Notes under the pieces: model-generated
Seen by the model: the letters and a program-made list of their open reading frames with translations, nothing else
Databases searched by the model: none
Told to the model about the DNA's origin: nothing
Assembly: GCA_016713305.1 (NCBI GenBank)
Contig: JADJPK010000007.1
Span: 197,829-261,828 of the forward strand
Direction of reading: 5' to 3'
Length of the DNA stretch: 64,000 nucleotides
Origin: Betaproteobacteria bacterium
GTDB lineage: Bacteria; Pseudomonadota; Gammaproteobacteria; Burkholderiales; Ga0077523
Program-made: the position numbers and the translations under genes
In this document: positions 1-11,373 of the stretch, piece by piece
How positions within the stretch are numbered: position 1 is the first letter of the stretch
Layout of the letters: every line of letters starts with the position of its first letter

Positions 1-597
1 GCCGTTCTCCGAATCGTGGCCGATCTCCTGCCGCACGAATCGAGGTCATGAGCGCCGTTTTCCCCCAGCAACAGATGTCGGATATGACAACGTGACAGGG
101 CATGGCGCCGCCAGCTAGATTAGTGGAGGCGAGGGACCCGTCAGGAAGGGAATGCGTGAAGCGCGCTTGCCATGGCAGGTGCAGGCGCACTTCCGCTGAC
201 GAAGGCGCGTCCGTCGAGCCGGATCAAGCGATCTCTTGAATCGCGACCGGCAGCACGGTCGTTGTTCCGGTCGTCGGCCGCGTCTGGACTCGGGTGCGCC
301 GAGGCTGGTCCTTTCCGCTATTCACAGGCGCTCGCTTGACGGTCCGGAAGGTACTCGCCGAGCCCCATGGTGCGGGCGTCATCTTGAAGTCGCAGCCAAT
401 TCAAGACCCTCGTTCGGGAGGGCGAGAGGAAGACTGCTCTGATTCTCCCCCGGCGCGTGTGCATCCATGCGCACGGCGCGACACAGCCGCACGGATTCGG
501 GCCACGGCCGGCTTTTCCTGGCCGTTGCCCAAACAGCTCCGGCACAGAGATTCGTGCCGGCGGCTTTCAATCAACCGACGACGTGGAGAAGAATCAC

Positions 598-1683
598 ATG
601 AAAAGCATTCGAAACTGCCTGTTGACCGTTGCGCTGGCATGCGTCCTGGCCCCTGTCTCGCACGAGATCGCCGCACAGACGGATGCCGGCTTCCCGCCAC
701 CGTCGGGCGACCACAGCCTCGTCCCGGCCGGGGCGCGGCTGGAACGCCTGTTCGATGGCGGCTGCATGCTGACGGAAGGGGTCGCCGCAGGTCACGACGG
801 CATGATGTACTTCAGCGACATCACGTTCACGGCCTTCTGCAAGGATCCTTCCGGCAAGTACTCGCAGGCGGGCAACATCTGGAAGTTCGATCCCAAGAGC
901 GGCCAGACGTCGATCTTCCGGAGCCCGTCCGGCATGTCCAACGGGATCAAGTTCGACCGCGAGGGGAACATGCTCGCCGCACTGGGCGCCGATTTTGGCG
1001 GCCGCATGCTGATCAGGACCGACATGAAGACCGGCAAGAGCTATGTGCTCACCGGGCTCTTCGAAGGCAAGCCGTACAACGCGTTGAACGACATCACCAT
1101 CGACGAGAAGGGGCGCATCTACTTCACCGATCCGCGCTACCTCGGGCACGAACCGGTGATGGCGGATGGCTTCGCGGCATACCGGCTGGATCCCGACGGC
1201 AAGGTGACCCGCGTGGCCACCAACTGCGGCAAGTGCAACGGCATCCTGATATCTCCCGACCAGAAGACCATGTACATCGTGAGCAACGACAACGGCTGGC
1301 TGGAGTTCCAGAATCTCAAGAAGGGTGAGACCACCCTGCAGGGTCCCCATCTTCTGCAGGCGTACGACGTCGCGGACGATGGCAGCCTGAGCAACCGCCG
1401 CGTGCTGATCGACTACGGCAAGCTGGAAAAGCCGTGCAGCGGGCCCGACGGCATGATTGCCGACGAGAGAGGCAATATCTGGCTGGCGTCGCGGTGCGAG
1501 TACCGTCCCGGCATCCAGGCGATCGACAGGAACGGAAAGGAATTGGCCTACATCTCCACCGGCAACGAACTGCCTACCAACGTAGCGTTCGGCCGCGGTG
1601 CGGACGCAAATCTCCTGTACCTCACTTCCGGCAAGAGCCTGTATCGGATTCGTGTGGGCGTGAAGGGCTACCAGCTGCCCTGA
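598..1683 (+). CDS. Secreted SMP-30/gluconolactonase/LRE-family beta-propeller hydrolase
   Basis: Lies inside ORF 457..1683. Start moved to ATG 598 because MKSIRNCLLTVALACVLAPVSHEIAAQ reads as a signal peptide. Family-like motifs: NDITIDEKGRIYFTDP, NGILISPDQKTMYIVSND, LYLTSGKSLYRI. Confidence 0.75.
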   Translation: MKSIRNCLLTVALACVLAPVSHEIAAQTDAGFPPPSGDHSLVPAGARLERLFDGGCMLTEGVAAGHDGMMYFSDITFTAFCKDPSGKYSQAGNIWKFDPKSGQTSIFRSPSGMSNGIKFDREGNMLAALGADFGGRMLIRTDMKTGKSYVLTGLFEGKPYNALNDITIDEKGRIYFTDPRYLGHEPVMADGFAAYRLDPDGKVTRVATNCGKCNGILISPDQKTMYIVSNDNGWLEFQNLKKGETTLQGPHLLQAYDVADDGSLSNRRVLIDYGKLEKPCSGPDGMIADERGNIWLASRCEYRPGIQAIDRNGKELAYISTGNELPTNVAFGRGADANLLYLTSGKSLYRIRVGVKGYQLP

Positions 1684-2426
1684 TCTTCTCCGGCGCGGGC
1701 GGGAAGCCGCACCGCTGGCCGCGTGTGCCGGTACACGTACCGCTTCGGCATGCAGACCGAGTCTGCCGATGCGGTGCGTGGCCGCCGCAATTGGACGAGT
1801 TGCGAGTTCCTTGCGCGCGGTACTTCAGGTCCTTGCAGCGCTCGCGGGCCAGCTCGATGCTCGGTTCGCCGTGAGCGAGCATTTGCGCGCAGCGGTGGGA
1901 TGCCGCTCGCAGCGGGGTAGACTTCGGAGAGTACCTTCGATCGTCCCGAAGTGTCCGTCAAGCCTCGGAATCAGGAGATCTGCCTGATCGGCCGATGGGC
2001 GGTCCGGGTGGGACGGCCGTTGCGGGGTCTTGCGTGCACGGCCGGTCCATTGAATGCTTCGTGGCGACCCGATGCCTCTCACGCACACTCGTCTGGCGGT
2101 CGACCGGAGCAGTTCAGCCGGAGTGCCATCGCATGGATGACTGATGCAAGTCTTCGAGAACAGCCGGACTGCCAATGTGGTCCGGCACGTTGTCGAGCCT
2201 GCCAATAGCAGGGTCTCGACAGGCTTGGCCGCTGCTTGAAGGCTGCTCGTGAACAGACGTGACAAAATCTTCGAACGGGGCATGTGTCGCGGTCCACTGC
2301 GATGTGGCCCGCTGGTCGTCCAACAAGAGATGGGCGCACACCTTCGGAATTGACTTCCGCAGTCGAGGCAAAAGGCAAGACCTGACCCCGACGATTTTGG
2401 AGTTCCACAGGGAGAGCGACTGAATC

Positions 2427-3059
2427 ATGAAACTGTACGAATTCACGCTTGCGCCGAATCCACGGCGTGTGCGGATGTTTCTGGCCGAGAAGGGCGTCAG
2501 TATTCCCACCGTCCAGGTGAACGTGAGGGAACGTCAGCAGTTCACCGACGAGTTCGCGAAGATCAATCCGTTCGCCGTGGTGCCGGTGCTGGAACTGGAC
2601 GACGGCACCTGCATCGGCGAGTCGGTCGCCATCTGCCGCTATATCGAGGCGTTGTATCCGGAGCCACCGCTTTTCGGCACGGGCGCCAAGGACCAGGCCA
2701 TCGTCGAGATGTGGAACCGGCGGGCGGAGCTCGAAGGATTCATGGCAGCCGGCGAAGCGGCGCGGAATGCGCTGCCGCTGTTCACGGACCGGCGGGTGGC
2801 TGGCGTGCCCGGCGGCTATCCGCAGGTTCCGGAACTGATCGATCAAGGCAAGAGACGGATGGAGCGCTTCTTCGAACTGTGCGACCGGCATCTCGCAGAC
2901 AACGCCTTTCTTGCGGGGCCTGCCTTCACCATTGCCGACATCACGGCGTTCTTGGCGGTGGAGTTCGGCAAGCGGATCGACATCGCCATTCCGGCACGCT
3001 GCGCGAACGTCGTCAGGTGGCACGAGGCGGTATCCGCTCGCCCGAGCGCAGGGGCTTAG
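2427..3059 (+). CDS. Glutathione S-transferase
   Basis: 210-aa ORF. N-terminal thioredoxin-like GST fold (MKLYEF..NPRRVRMFLAEKG, VVPVLELDDGTCIGESVAICRYIE) followed by a helical C-domain. GGGAGAG RBS-like sequence upstream. Confidence 0.85.
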   Translation: MKLYEFTLAPNPRRVRMFLAEKGVSIPTVQVNVRERQQFTDEFAKINPFAVVPVLELDDGTCIGESVAICRYIEALYPEPPLFGTGAKDQAIVEMWNRRAELEGFMAAGEAARNALPLFTDRRVAGVPGGYPQVPELIDQGKRRMERFFELCDRHLADNAFLAGPAFTIADITAFLAVEFGKRIDIAIPARCANVVRWHEAVSARPSAGA

Positions 3060-3312
3060 GCGGCCTGAGGATCCGCATTGCCGAACAGGCGTGCGTGGAT
3101 CGTCCCCGCCGAGTCCGGGGAGGTCGGGCGGGACCGCGGGTTCCGGGCGCGGCGAACTTCGATGGAAGTGGCGTCGACGGCCATTTCGAAGCCACATGGC
3201 CGATGGCGACAGGCGATTTCGCGCTGTTCTCCATGCGCCGGTTGCCCTGCGGGCGGATCGCCCCTCGCGTCGCGGGAGCGTCCGGCCGGAGCTCTCGCGA
3301 CGCGGCGCCGCG

Positions 3313-4212
3313 TCAGCGCTTCTCGACCTGCTTCAGGAACGCATCCATCAAGCCTTCGGGCGCCTCGATGACGTGCTGCGGGGCCGGGAAGCCGCCGGAG
3401 CGGACGTCGGCAATGAAATCCTTGAACCCGCCGACCCTCTCCGCCTGCATCGCCTGCTTCATCGCGTGCAGATCGCGGTACTGCTTGGAGTGACGGGGGT
3501 AGGGCGGAGGATTGCTTCCCAGGATGTCCTCGGCGAACAGGAACTGGATGTCGCCCCCGCTGCCGGCGCCGATGGAGGAAGTGAGAAGCGTCGTGCGCTT
3601 GGTGATCTCGGCCAGGAGCGGTCCGGGAATGACCTCCACCTCGACGGCCCAGGCTCCAGCGTCCTCGATGCGCTTCACTTCCTGGTAGACCCACAGGGCT
3701 TCTTCCACGGTCTTGCCCACCGCGCGCAGTCCCCCGGTCCACGTGCTCTTGCGCGGGACCAGCCCCGCGTGGCCCTGTACCGGTACGCCCGCCTCTGCAG
3801 CCGCGGCGATGAAGCGTGGCGACCACTGGCACATGATGGCGTCGGCACCCAGTTCCATGGCCGTGTAGGCGAGCCGCACGGCCTCGTCCACGCTGGCAGC
3901 CGCCACCAAAGGCACGGAAAACGACATGAACGTGTTGGGCGCCGCCTTGCGGATGGCCGCGGCGAGTTCCGGCCGCTTGGGATCGAAGCGAACCTTCATC
4001 GTGTCGATGCCGGCTTCCTCGGCCGCCGCCGCTTCCTCCGGGGAGAAGGGAAGGGTCTCGCACAGCACCCGCTTGCCCTTGGCGTCGCGCAGGTCCTTGA
4101 CCGTGTAGTTGCGCGTGCCGTAGGCGCCACCCAGCGTCATGATGCGCTTCAGACCGCGTTTTCCTGCGTCGCGCGGCGGAATGCCGCCGTCTCCTGTGGC
4201 GTGACTTGCCAT
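3313..4212 (-). CDS. Ketopantoate hydroxymethyltransferase (PanB)-family protein, paralog-like
   Basis: Lies inside ORF 3313..4437. Start set to ATG 4212 (MASHATG), preceded by AAGGAGGAGAAG. PanB-like motifs: GVPVQGHAGLVPRKSTWTGGLRAVGKT, AWAVEVEVIP, SSIGAGSGGDIQFL. An orthologous panB function is not established. Confidence 0.6.
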   Translation of the reverse strand: MASHATGDGGIPPRDAGKRGLKRIMTLGGAYGTRNYTVKDLRDAKGKRVLCETLPFSPEEAAAAEEAGIDTMKVRFDPKRPELAAAIRKAAPNTFMSFSVPLVAAASVDEAVRLAYTAMELGADAIMCQWSPRFIAAAAEAGVPVQGHAGLVPRKSTWTGGLRAVGKTVEEALWVYQEVKRIEDAGAWAVEVEVIPGPLLAEITKRTTLLTSSIGAGSGGDIQFLFAEDILGSNPPPYPRHSKQYRDLHAMKQAMQAERVGGFKDFIADVRSGGFPAPQHVIEAPEGLMDAFLKQVEKR

Positions 4213-4584
4213 GGTGATCTTCTCCTCCTTGAGTGGTGCCCGTCGGGCTCGGGCGAGTGTACCGCCTGGACAGCGAAGGGGCATCGCCGTCGTTGGCAGG
4301 GTTCGTCGAGTTCTGGGGCGAGTCGTCCCTCGGCCGACGAACCGGCCGTCGTGTCGAGGATGCTTACAGGTTCCTTCGCGCCGTCCGGTCCGGCTCGAAC
4401 GCCGGCCCTGTTTCTCGGGGCAGCGGCGCGGCTCCATCGTGGAAGGTTCGAACCTTGCTGCATGCCCAGGCCGATCCGGAGGCGGGTCGGTCGGTCACCG
4501 GTTTTCAGCCGCCCTCGAGGCAGCGGCAGATCATGGATCGCAGGACATCGCCGCAGTCACTCATGCGGCGCCGAGGAAAGAACA

Positions 4585-5349
4585 ATGAACAAGGGGAATC
4601 CCATGAGATCTTCAATGCTCCGTCGAATGACCGGTATGGCTGCGCTGGCAGGAGCGGCGCTCCTTTCCACCCATTCCGGGGCGTGGGCCGCCGGAGTGCT
4701 CGACCAGGAGAACGGCTTCACGACAGATCCGGGTCTGGCACCCTTCGCCAGCAAGTTCGCGAGCGATTCGGGCGGATTCAGGCGGGTCCAGACAGTGACG
4801 GTCGGGCTGAGCGGATTGCTGACCCGCATCGAAATCGGTCTGGGACGCAACATCGGCTTCGCGGGCGATCCCAGCGACGAGCAGTTCCTCGAAGCGGTCT
4901 CCGATCTGGACGTGAGCACGTGGACCGGGCCGGATGCCAACACCGCGGGCGCCCCGGGGTCAGTGCTGATCGACAACGCGAAGGGCGTCGATTTCCAGAG
5001 AGTGGCCTCCCTGGATGCCGGATTCACGTTTCTGGTGACCGGTTGGGTCGGCTACGACGTGAGCGGTGCCGGCATCATGGTGTCAGCCGGCGACGTGATC
5101 ACGCTCGAGCTCGTGCCCAATGAAGGCAACCGGAACTCCGCGTACGCGTATTCCCAGACCGATGATTACGCGGGCGGCAGCGGCTATTACCAATCGGCTG
5201 CGGGGTCGGCGTTCAACTCGGAATCCGACCATGTCTTCCGGACCTATGTGACCCAGCCCGTTCCCGAGCCGGAATCGTGGGCCCTCATGGGCGTGGGGCT
5301 GGGTGTCCTGAGCTGGGCGGGCCGCAGGTTGCGCAAGGCGTCTGTCTGA
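4585..5349 (+). CDS. PEP-CTERM sorting-domain secreted protein
   Basis: Only the last ~254 aa of the 812-aa ORF 2911..5349 look real. Signal peptide MNKGNPMRSSMLRRMTGMAALAGAALLSTHSGAWA. C-terminal VPEPESWALMGVGLGVLSWAGRRLRK is PEP motif, TM helix and basic tail. Alternative start at 4603. Confidence 0.75.
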   Translation: MNKGNPMRSSMLRRMTGMAALAGAALLSTHSGAWAAGVLDQENGFTTDPGLAPFASKFASDSGGFRRVQTVTVGLSGLLTRIEIGLGRNIGFAGDPSDEQFLEAVSDLDVSTWTGPDANTAGAPGSVLIDNAKGVDFQRVASLDAGFTFLVTGWVGYDVSGAGIMVSAGDVITLELVPNEGNRNSAYAYSQTDDYAGGSGYYQSAAGSAFNSESDHVFRTYVTQPVPEPESWALMGVGLGVLSWAGRRLRKASV

Positions 5350-5401
5350 GACGTCTTCCCGGAGACTGGCCCTGGGGAGGAGAACCGATCCTCCCTGAGG
5401 G

Positions 5402-6916
5402 TCAGTCCTCGGGCCGCATGTGCGGGAAGAGGATCACGTCGCGGATGCTGGGGCTGTCAGTGAGCAGCATCACGAGACGGTCGATGCCGATGCCTTCGCC
5501 CGCCGTCGGCGGCAGGCCGTGCTCCAGTGCCCGGATGTAGTCGGCGTCGAAGTGCATGGCTTCGTGGTCGCCGGCATCCTTCTGCCGCACCTGTTCCATG
5601 AAGCGCTCGGCCTGGTCCTCGGGATCGTTCAACTCGGAGAAGCCGTTGGCGATCTCGCGGCCCGTGATGAACAGTTCGAAGCGGTCCGTGATCTCCGGGT
5701 TGTGGTCGTTGCGTCTGGCGAGCGGTGACACTTCGGCCGGGTAGTCGACGATGAACGTCGGCTGGACGAGCTTCGGCTCGGTCGTTTCCTCAAAGTAGGT
5801 GAGTTGCAGTCCGCCGAGGCCATCGCTCTTCTTGTAGTCCACGCCCATGCGTTCGAACTGCTGCACGAGCCAGCCCCGATCCGCCATCTGCTCTTCGGTG
5901 ATGTGCGGGTGATATTGGCGAACCGCCTGCGATACGGTGAGCCGCGCGAAGGGCGCACCCAGATCGATGATCTGTCCCTGATAGGGCACCTTGACCGTGC
6001 CGAGGACCTTCTGCGCGACCTCCCGGAACATCGCCTCGGTGAGGTCCATCAGGTAACGGTAGTCCTGATAGGCCTCGTAGAACTCGAGCATCGTGAATTC
6101 GGGGTTGTGCCGGGTCGAGATGCCCTCGTTGCGGAAGTTGCGGTTGATCTCGAACACCTTCTCGAATCCGCCCACGACCAGGCGCTTCAGATACAGCTCC
6201 GGCGCGATGCGCAGGTACAGCTGCATGTCCAGCGCGTTGTGGTGAGTGACGAAGGGCCGGGCGGAAGCGCCGCCCGGAATGGGGTGCATCATCGGCGTCT
6301 CGACTTCCAGGTATCCACGCTGGACTAGGAATTCGCGGATGGCCTGGATGATCCTCGAGCGCGCCATGAAGGTGCGGCGGGCGTCTTCCGTGACGATGAG
6401 GTCCACGTACCGCTGGCGGTACTTCTGTTCCTGGTCCGTGAGACCGTGGAATTTCTCCGGCAGCGGCCGCAGCGCCTTGGCCAGCAGCCGGATGCCCGTG
6501 ACTTTCACGGTGAGCTCGCCGGTGCGCGTGCGGAAGAGGGAACCTTCCGCGCCAAGGATGTCGCCGAGGTCCCAATGCTTGAAGGCATCGTGCACTTCGG
6601 CGCCGGCACCGTCGTTGGTCACGTAGAGCTGGATGCGACCCGACATGTCCTGCAGCGTCGCGAAACTCGCCTTGCCCATTACGCGCTTCAGCATCATGCG
6701 GCCCGCGACACAGACCTTCACGCCCGCCGGCTCGAGTTCCTCGTTGGTCCTGCCGTCGTGCGTCCGGTGGAGATCCGCCGCGAGATCCGCGCGCCGGAAG
6801 TCGTTGGGGAACGCGTTGCCTTTGCCGCGCTGCTCGGCGAGCTTGGCCCGGCGCTCGGCGATGATCTGATTGTCGTCCCGGGGAATCTGCTGTTGTTCGT
6901 CGGTCATGATGGGCAA
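5402..6916 (-). CDS. lysS: Lysine--tRNA ligase (class II)
   Basis: 504-aa ORF. OB-fold N-domain and class II motifs ([34 protein letters not shown]). Sits downstream of prfB, as in the E. coli prfB-lysS operon. Confidence 0.95.
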   Translation of the reverse strand: MPIMTDEQQQIPRDDNQIIAERRAKLAEQRGKGNAFPNDFRRADLAADLHRTHDGRTNEELEPAGVKVCVAGRMMLKRVMGKASFATLQDMSGRIQLYVTNDGAGAEVHDAFKHWDLGDILGAEGSLFRTRTGELTVKVTGIRLLAKALRPLPEKFHGLTDQEQKYRQRYVDLIVTEDARRTFMARSRIIQAIREFLVQRGYLEVETPMMHPIPGGASARPFVTHHNALDMQLYLRIAPELYLKRLVVGGFEKVFEINRNFRNEGISTRHNPEFTMLEFYEAYQDYRYLMDLTEAMFREVAQKVLGTVKVPYQGQIIDLGAPFARLTVSQAVRQYHPHITEEQMADRGWLVQQFERMGVDYKKSDGLGGLQLTYFEETTEPKLVQPTFIVDYPAEVSPLARRNDHNPEITDRFELFITGREIANGFSELNDPEDQAERFMEQVRQKDAGDHEAMHFDADYIRALEHGLPPTAGEGIGIDRLVMLLTDSPSIRDVILFPHMRPED

Positions 6917-6962
6917 CGGAGCCGTGTGCGGTGGGCGAAAGGGGTGTTCGGGCGAGCGGACG

Positions 6963-8067
6963 TCACACGCCCATCTTGAGACTTGCGGTGATGAAGTCGT
7001 CCAGGTCGCCGTCCAGCACGGCCTGGGTGTTGCCGATCTCCACGTTGGTGCGCAGGTCCTTGATGCGGGACTGGTCCAGCACGTAGGAGCGGATCTGGTG
7101 CCCCCAGCCGATGTCGGTCTTGGAGTCCTCCAGCGCCTGCTTCTCCTCTTCGCGCTTGCGCAGTTCCAGCTCGTACAGACGTGCCTTCAGCATGGCCATG
7201 GCCTCCGCGCGGTTGCGGTGCTGCGACCGGTCGTTCTGGCACTGGACGACGATGTTCGTGGGCAGGTGCGTGATGCGGATGGCGGAGTCGGTCTTGTTGA
7301 TGTGCTGGCCGCCGGCGCCGCTTGCGCGGAAGGTATCGATGCGAAGGTCGGCAGGATTGATCTCCACCTCGATGGAGTCGTCGACTTCCGGGTAGACGAA
7401 CACGCTGGCGAAGGACGTGTGGCGCCGCGCGTTCGAATCGAAGGGCGACTTGCGGACCAGCCGGTGCACGCCGGTCTCGGTGCGCAGGGTGCCGTAGGCG
7501 TAGTCGCCGGTCAGCTTGATGGTCGCGCTCTTGATGCCGGCCACGTCGCCGGGAGACTCCTCCAGCAGCTCCACGCCGAAACCACGCCGCTCGCCGAACT
7601 TGAGATACATGCGTTCGAGCATGGACGCCCAGTCCTGGGCCTCGGTGCCGCCCGCGCCGGTCTGGATGTCGATGAAGCAGTTGTTGGGGTCCATCGGATT
7701 CGAGAACATGCGGCGGAATTCGAGATCCGCCACCATCTTCTCGATGCCGTCGACGTCCCCCTCGATCGCCACCAGCGTCTCGTCGTCGCCTTCGTCCTTG
7801 GCGAGATCGAAGAGTTCCTGGTTGTCGGACAGGCCGGAGCCGATGTTCTCCAGCGACAGCACGATGGCCTCGAGCGGCTTGCGCTCCTGGCCCAGATCCT
7901 GCGCCCGCTTCTGGTCGTCCCAGATCTTCGGGTCTTCGGTGAGACGGACGACTTCGCTCAGGCGCGACTTCTTGGTATCGAAGTCAAAGATACCTCCGCA
8001 GTTCCTGGGCGCGCGCGCCCAGGTCCTGGATGTGCTGCGAGATGGCGTTGATGCGTTCCGGTTCCAT
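6963..8067 (-). CDS. prfB: Peptide chain release factor 2, requires programmed +1 frameshift
   Basis: 27 codons ([27 protein letters not shown]) run from ATG 8067 to an in-frame TGA at 7986..7984. The +1 frame continues into ORF 6963..7862, which has RF2 features (SPxDSxxRRHTSF-like [26 protein letters not shown]). Joined length is 367 aa. Confidence 0.95.
7983..7997 (-). promoter_or_regulatory. prfB autoregulatory +1 frameshift site (SD-like GGAGG, TAT, CTT TGA C)
   Basis: The minus strand reads GGAGGTATCTTTGAC. The E. coli site is AGGGGGTATCTTTGAC, with identical spacing of SD-like element, slippery CTT and TGA-C. Confidence 0.85.
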
Positions 8068-8210
8068 GATGTGAGGGTGCCGCAGGCAGTTCGGGGAAAC
8101 GCCGATTTTAGCCTGCGGCGCGCGATTCACCTAGGGAAGCCGTGAGTCATGCGCATGCCGCGACTCAGGCACTGCGGGTGGAAGATGCGAAGTTCCGTGC
8201 CGCCGGGTTC

Positions 8211-9479
8211 TCAGACGAACCGCGGCAGGAAGAGCCCCAGCACCAGTCCCGCCATCGCGGCCCCCATGGGCCCGGCACACCGCAGTGCCAGCGCCCTGCC
8301 GCCTGACAGTGCGGCCATCCCCAGCTTGAAGGCGTTGTTGGACAGGACCGCGATCGCCACGGTGATGGCCACCATCCCGGCTGTGACCTGCCCCAGGTCG
8401 TGGAGACGAAGCGACGAGAGGGTGATGGCGTCCACGTCCGTGAGGCCGAGACGAGTGCGACCGCATAAAGACCGGAAGGGCCGGCAAGATCGCGCAGCCA
8501 CGCGGCCGCGAGAAGCACCCCTCCGTAGAGCAGCCCGAACACGATGGACACCTTCATGGCGGCAGGATTGCGCACCGCTGGCATGGGCGCGGCGTCCGAC
8601 GTGTCGTAGCGGCGCCACAGAAGCGCGACCCCGATGCCGCCGAGAACGAAGCCTGCGGCCAGACCCGGCACGACGTCGATCCAGATCTCCGGCGCCACGA
8701 CGGCGATGACCAGCGCCAGGCGGGCCAGCACCACGATGTTCGCGATGGCGATGACCGGCGCCGAGATGCGCACGGCTTCATCGGAGTCGCGCGCATGCCG
8801 GGCGTACGCCAGCGTCGTGGCGGTGCTGGACACGAGGCCGCCGAACAAGCCCAAAAGCCACGTGCCGTGGCGCTGCCCGACGAATCTCAGGGCCAGATAA
8901 CCGGCCAGGCTCACGCCGGAGATGAGCACCACCATGAGCCAGATCTGCCGCGGATTGATGGCGTCGTAGGGCCCCATGTTCCGGTCGGGCAGGAGCGGAA
9001 GGATCACGAACGACAGCACCGCGAACTGGAGGATGGAGATGAGCTCCGTCCGGTCGAGCTGCAGGGTGAGTCCGCGCAGCTCCGACTTGAAGTACATGAG
9101 CACGGTGGCGCCGATCGCCGTCATCAGGGCGAGCTGCGGGTCGCCCGCCACGGTCATCACGGACAGCGAGAAGCACAGGAGCGCCGCGACGATGGTCGTG
9201 GTACCCGGGTCGTCCGGGATGGGTGCCGCCAGATACACGGCGATCATCATGGCGCCGGTCATGAGGAGGCCGACTGCCGGCAGCCAGGGCACCCCCGGTG
9301 CGCTGTGCGACGAGCGCGAGGCTCGCACCCAGGAGCGCGATGAGCGTGAACGTGCGCAGACCCGCCTTCGCAGCTTGCCGGCGTTCCCGTTCGCCCCCCA
9401 TCAGCAGGCCGATGGCGGCGCTGGTCAGGAATGAATCGAGCTGTTCGAATCCCTCGGCGTTCAGCCATTCCTGCAGCAT
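8211..9479 (-). CDS. MgtC/SapB-family membrane protein with DUF4010-like C-terminal half; frame-disrupted as assembled (2 shifts)
   Basis: N-terminus MLQEWLNAEGF..GGERERRQAAKAGLRTFTLIALLGA starts at ATG 9479 after AAGGAGG. The protein continues in ORF 8165..9328 and finishes in the frame of ORF 8211..8618 (..GLTDVDAITLSSLRLHDLGQV..LPRFV). Shifts lie at a C5 run (9292-9296) and a CC (8446-8447). Confidence 0.7.
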
Positions 9480-9528
9480 CGGGCACCTCCTTGCGGGAAA
9501 CGGCAGTCCGGTCGACCACGGGCAGGCG

Positions 9529-11237
9529 TCATTCCGCGGCGTGCCAGTGATCCACCAGGAGCTGCACCGTGCGATTGCCATTCCATTCGTTCACGTCCAG
9601 CCGGTAGGCGGCGTGGATCCTTGGCGGGACCGGCTGATCGTGCCGGAACAGCATCGCGCACATGGACGGCCCGGCACGCAGCCCGTCGTCGGGCACCACC
9701 TCCAGCCGCATGTGTGCCCCGCCTACCAGACGCTGCGACACCACCCGGAATCCATCCGCAAAGGAGGGGGGCGCGAATCCCTGTCCCCACACTTCGTTCT
9801 GCAGTGCTTCGGCCAGCGGCAGCGTGCGCAGCACCGGGTCCAGAGAACCGTCCGTCTCGATGACTCGCTGCAGATCCGCCGGCGACAGCAGCTCGGCGGT
9901 CACGCGCTCGAATGCGCTGCGAAACGCCGGCAACTGGTGTTCCAGAATGGACAGACCCGCTGCCGCCGCGTGGCCGCCGAAACGGAGCACGAGTCCGGGA
10001 TGCCGGCGGTCGACAAGGTCCAGCGCGTCGCGCAAGTGCAGCGCCGGGATGGACCGGCCCGATCCTTTCAGTTCACCGTCCGGTCCGGAGGCAAAGCACA
10101 GGACCGGACGGTGGAAACGCTCGCGCAGGCGCGAGGCGAGAAGACCGACGACCCCGGCGTGCCAGCCCGCGTCGTGCAGCACCAGGCTCACTCCATCGGT
10201 GACGCCCACCGAGTCGAGGGAGGCGAGCGCGGCCGTCTGCATCTCGGATTCGATGCCGCGGCGCTCGCGGTTGAGTGCGTCGAGGCGGCCGGCCAGCGTC
10301 TGTGCGCGTGATTCGTCGACGGTGATCAGGCACTCGATGCCTTCCGACATGTCTTCCAGGCGGCCGGCTGCATTGATGCGCGGGCCCAGCACGAAGCCAG
10401 TTCGTAGCAGGTGGCCCGGGACAGGCTTCGGCCCGCCGCCCGCGCCAGCGCCGAGATTCCGGGACGGGTCTTGCCGGCCCGAATCCGCTTCAGTCCGTGC
10501 GCCACGAGGATCCTGTTGTTGCCGTCCAGCCGCACCACGTCCGCCACGGTGCCCAGTGCCACAAGGTCCAGCAGGTCTCCGAGGTTCGGTTCCGGCTGAT
10601 GCGCGAAGGCGCCGCGCTGCCGCAACTGCGCGCGCGTGGCCATGGCCACGTAGAACATTACCCCGACACCCGCCAGGCTCTTGCTTGGAAACGCGCATCC
10701 GGCCTGATTGGGATTGACGATGAGTTCCGCCCGCGGCAATTCCGCGCCCGGAAGATGGTGATCGGTCACCAGTACGGGAATGCCGAGACGGCGCGCCTCG
10801 TCGATGCCTTCGAGGCTGGCGATGCCGTTGTCCACGGTGATGATGAGATCGGGCCCGCGCTGCGCCGCGATGCGGACGATCTCGGGGGTGAGCCCGTAGC
10901 CGAATTCGAACCGGTTCGGGACCAGCGAGTCGATCTTCGCACCCAACCGGCGCAGTGCAAGGCACCCCACGGCCGAGGCCGTCGCGCCATCCGCGTCGTA
11001 GTCTCCGACGATCAGCAGGCGCTTGCCGGCCTGGATGGCATCGGCCAGGACGGCGCCCATGTCTTCGGCATTTGCCAGGGCGGAATACGACGCCAGACGG
11101 TCCAGACCCAGTTCAAGTTCGTCCGGGCCGCGAATGCCGCGCGAGGCGAAAACCCTGGCAAGGACGGGGTCCACGCCGTGGTGCATCAAACGCGCCATGG
11201 CGTCCTGCGGAACGGTCCGCTCGATGATTGTTTGCAT
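9529..11237 (-). CDS. recJ: Single-stranded-DNA-specific exonuclease RecJ; frame-disrupted as assembled (1 shift)
   Basis: The N-terminal part is in ORF 10326..11261 (DHH motifs [24 protein letters not shown]). The C-terminal part is in ORF 9529..10965 ([22 protein letters not shown]). They join at ..CYEL|GFVLGPR, where the minus strand has GG instead of GGG (plus-strand 10397-10398). Confidence 0.9.
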
Positions 11238-11373
11238 GAATTTGGTAATCGAACCGCTCAAGGGCCCCCCCGACGGCTTCGATATTAGCTTGCCCTGTCC
11301 GCAACGCGAGCTGTCGTGCGAGAACGGGCGCGGCCGACTTCATCCCATGGTCAAACCTGGGGAGTCCCACTTC

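Noticed and set aside
1-49. Possible start of a minus-strand gene (ATG at 49..47, MTSIRAAGDRPRFGER..) running out of the window.
   Set aside because: Only 16 codons are visible. That is not enough to support a feature.
1684-2426. ~740 bp without a credible gene between the gluconolactonase and GST genes, slightly lower in GC around 2100-2420. Some fragments look vaguely protein-like on the minus strand (e.g. ..AHGEPSIELARERCKDLKYRAQ..).
   Set aside because: There is no continuous ORF with start or RBS, no recognisable motifs and no RNA structure I can fold. It may be a degraded gene remnant, but I cannot support any call.
2911-5349. 812-aa ORF on the plus strand, the longest in the first 6 kb.
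   Set aside because: Only its last ~254 aa (from ATG 4585) look like a protein, the PEP-CTERM protein. The rest is an Arg/Gly/Pro-rich shadow frame running antisense to the PanB-like gene. Long spurious ORFs like this are expected in stop-poor high-GC DNA.
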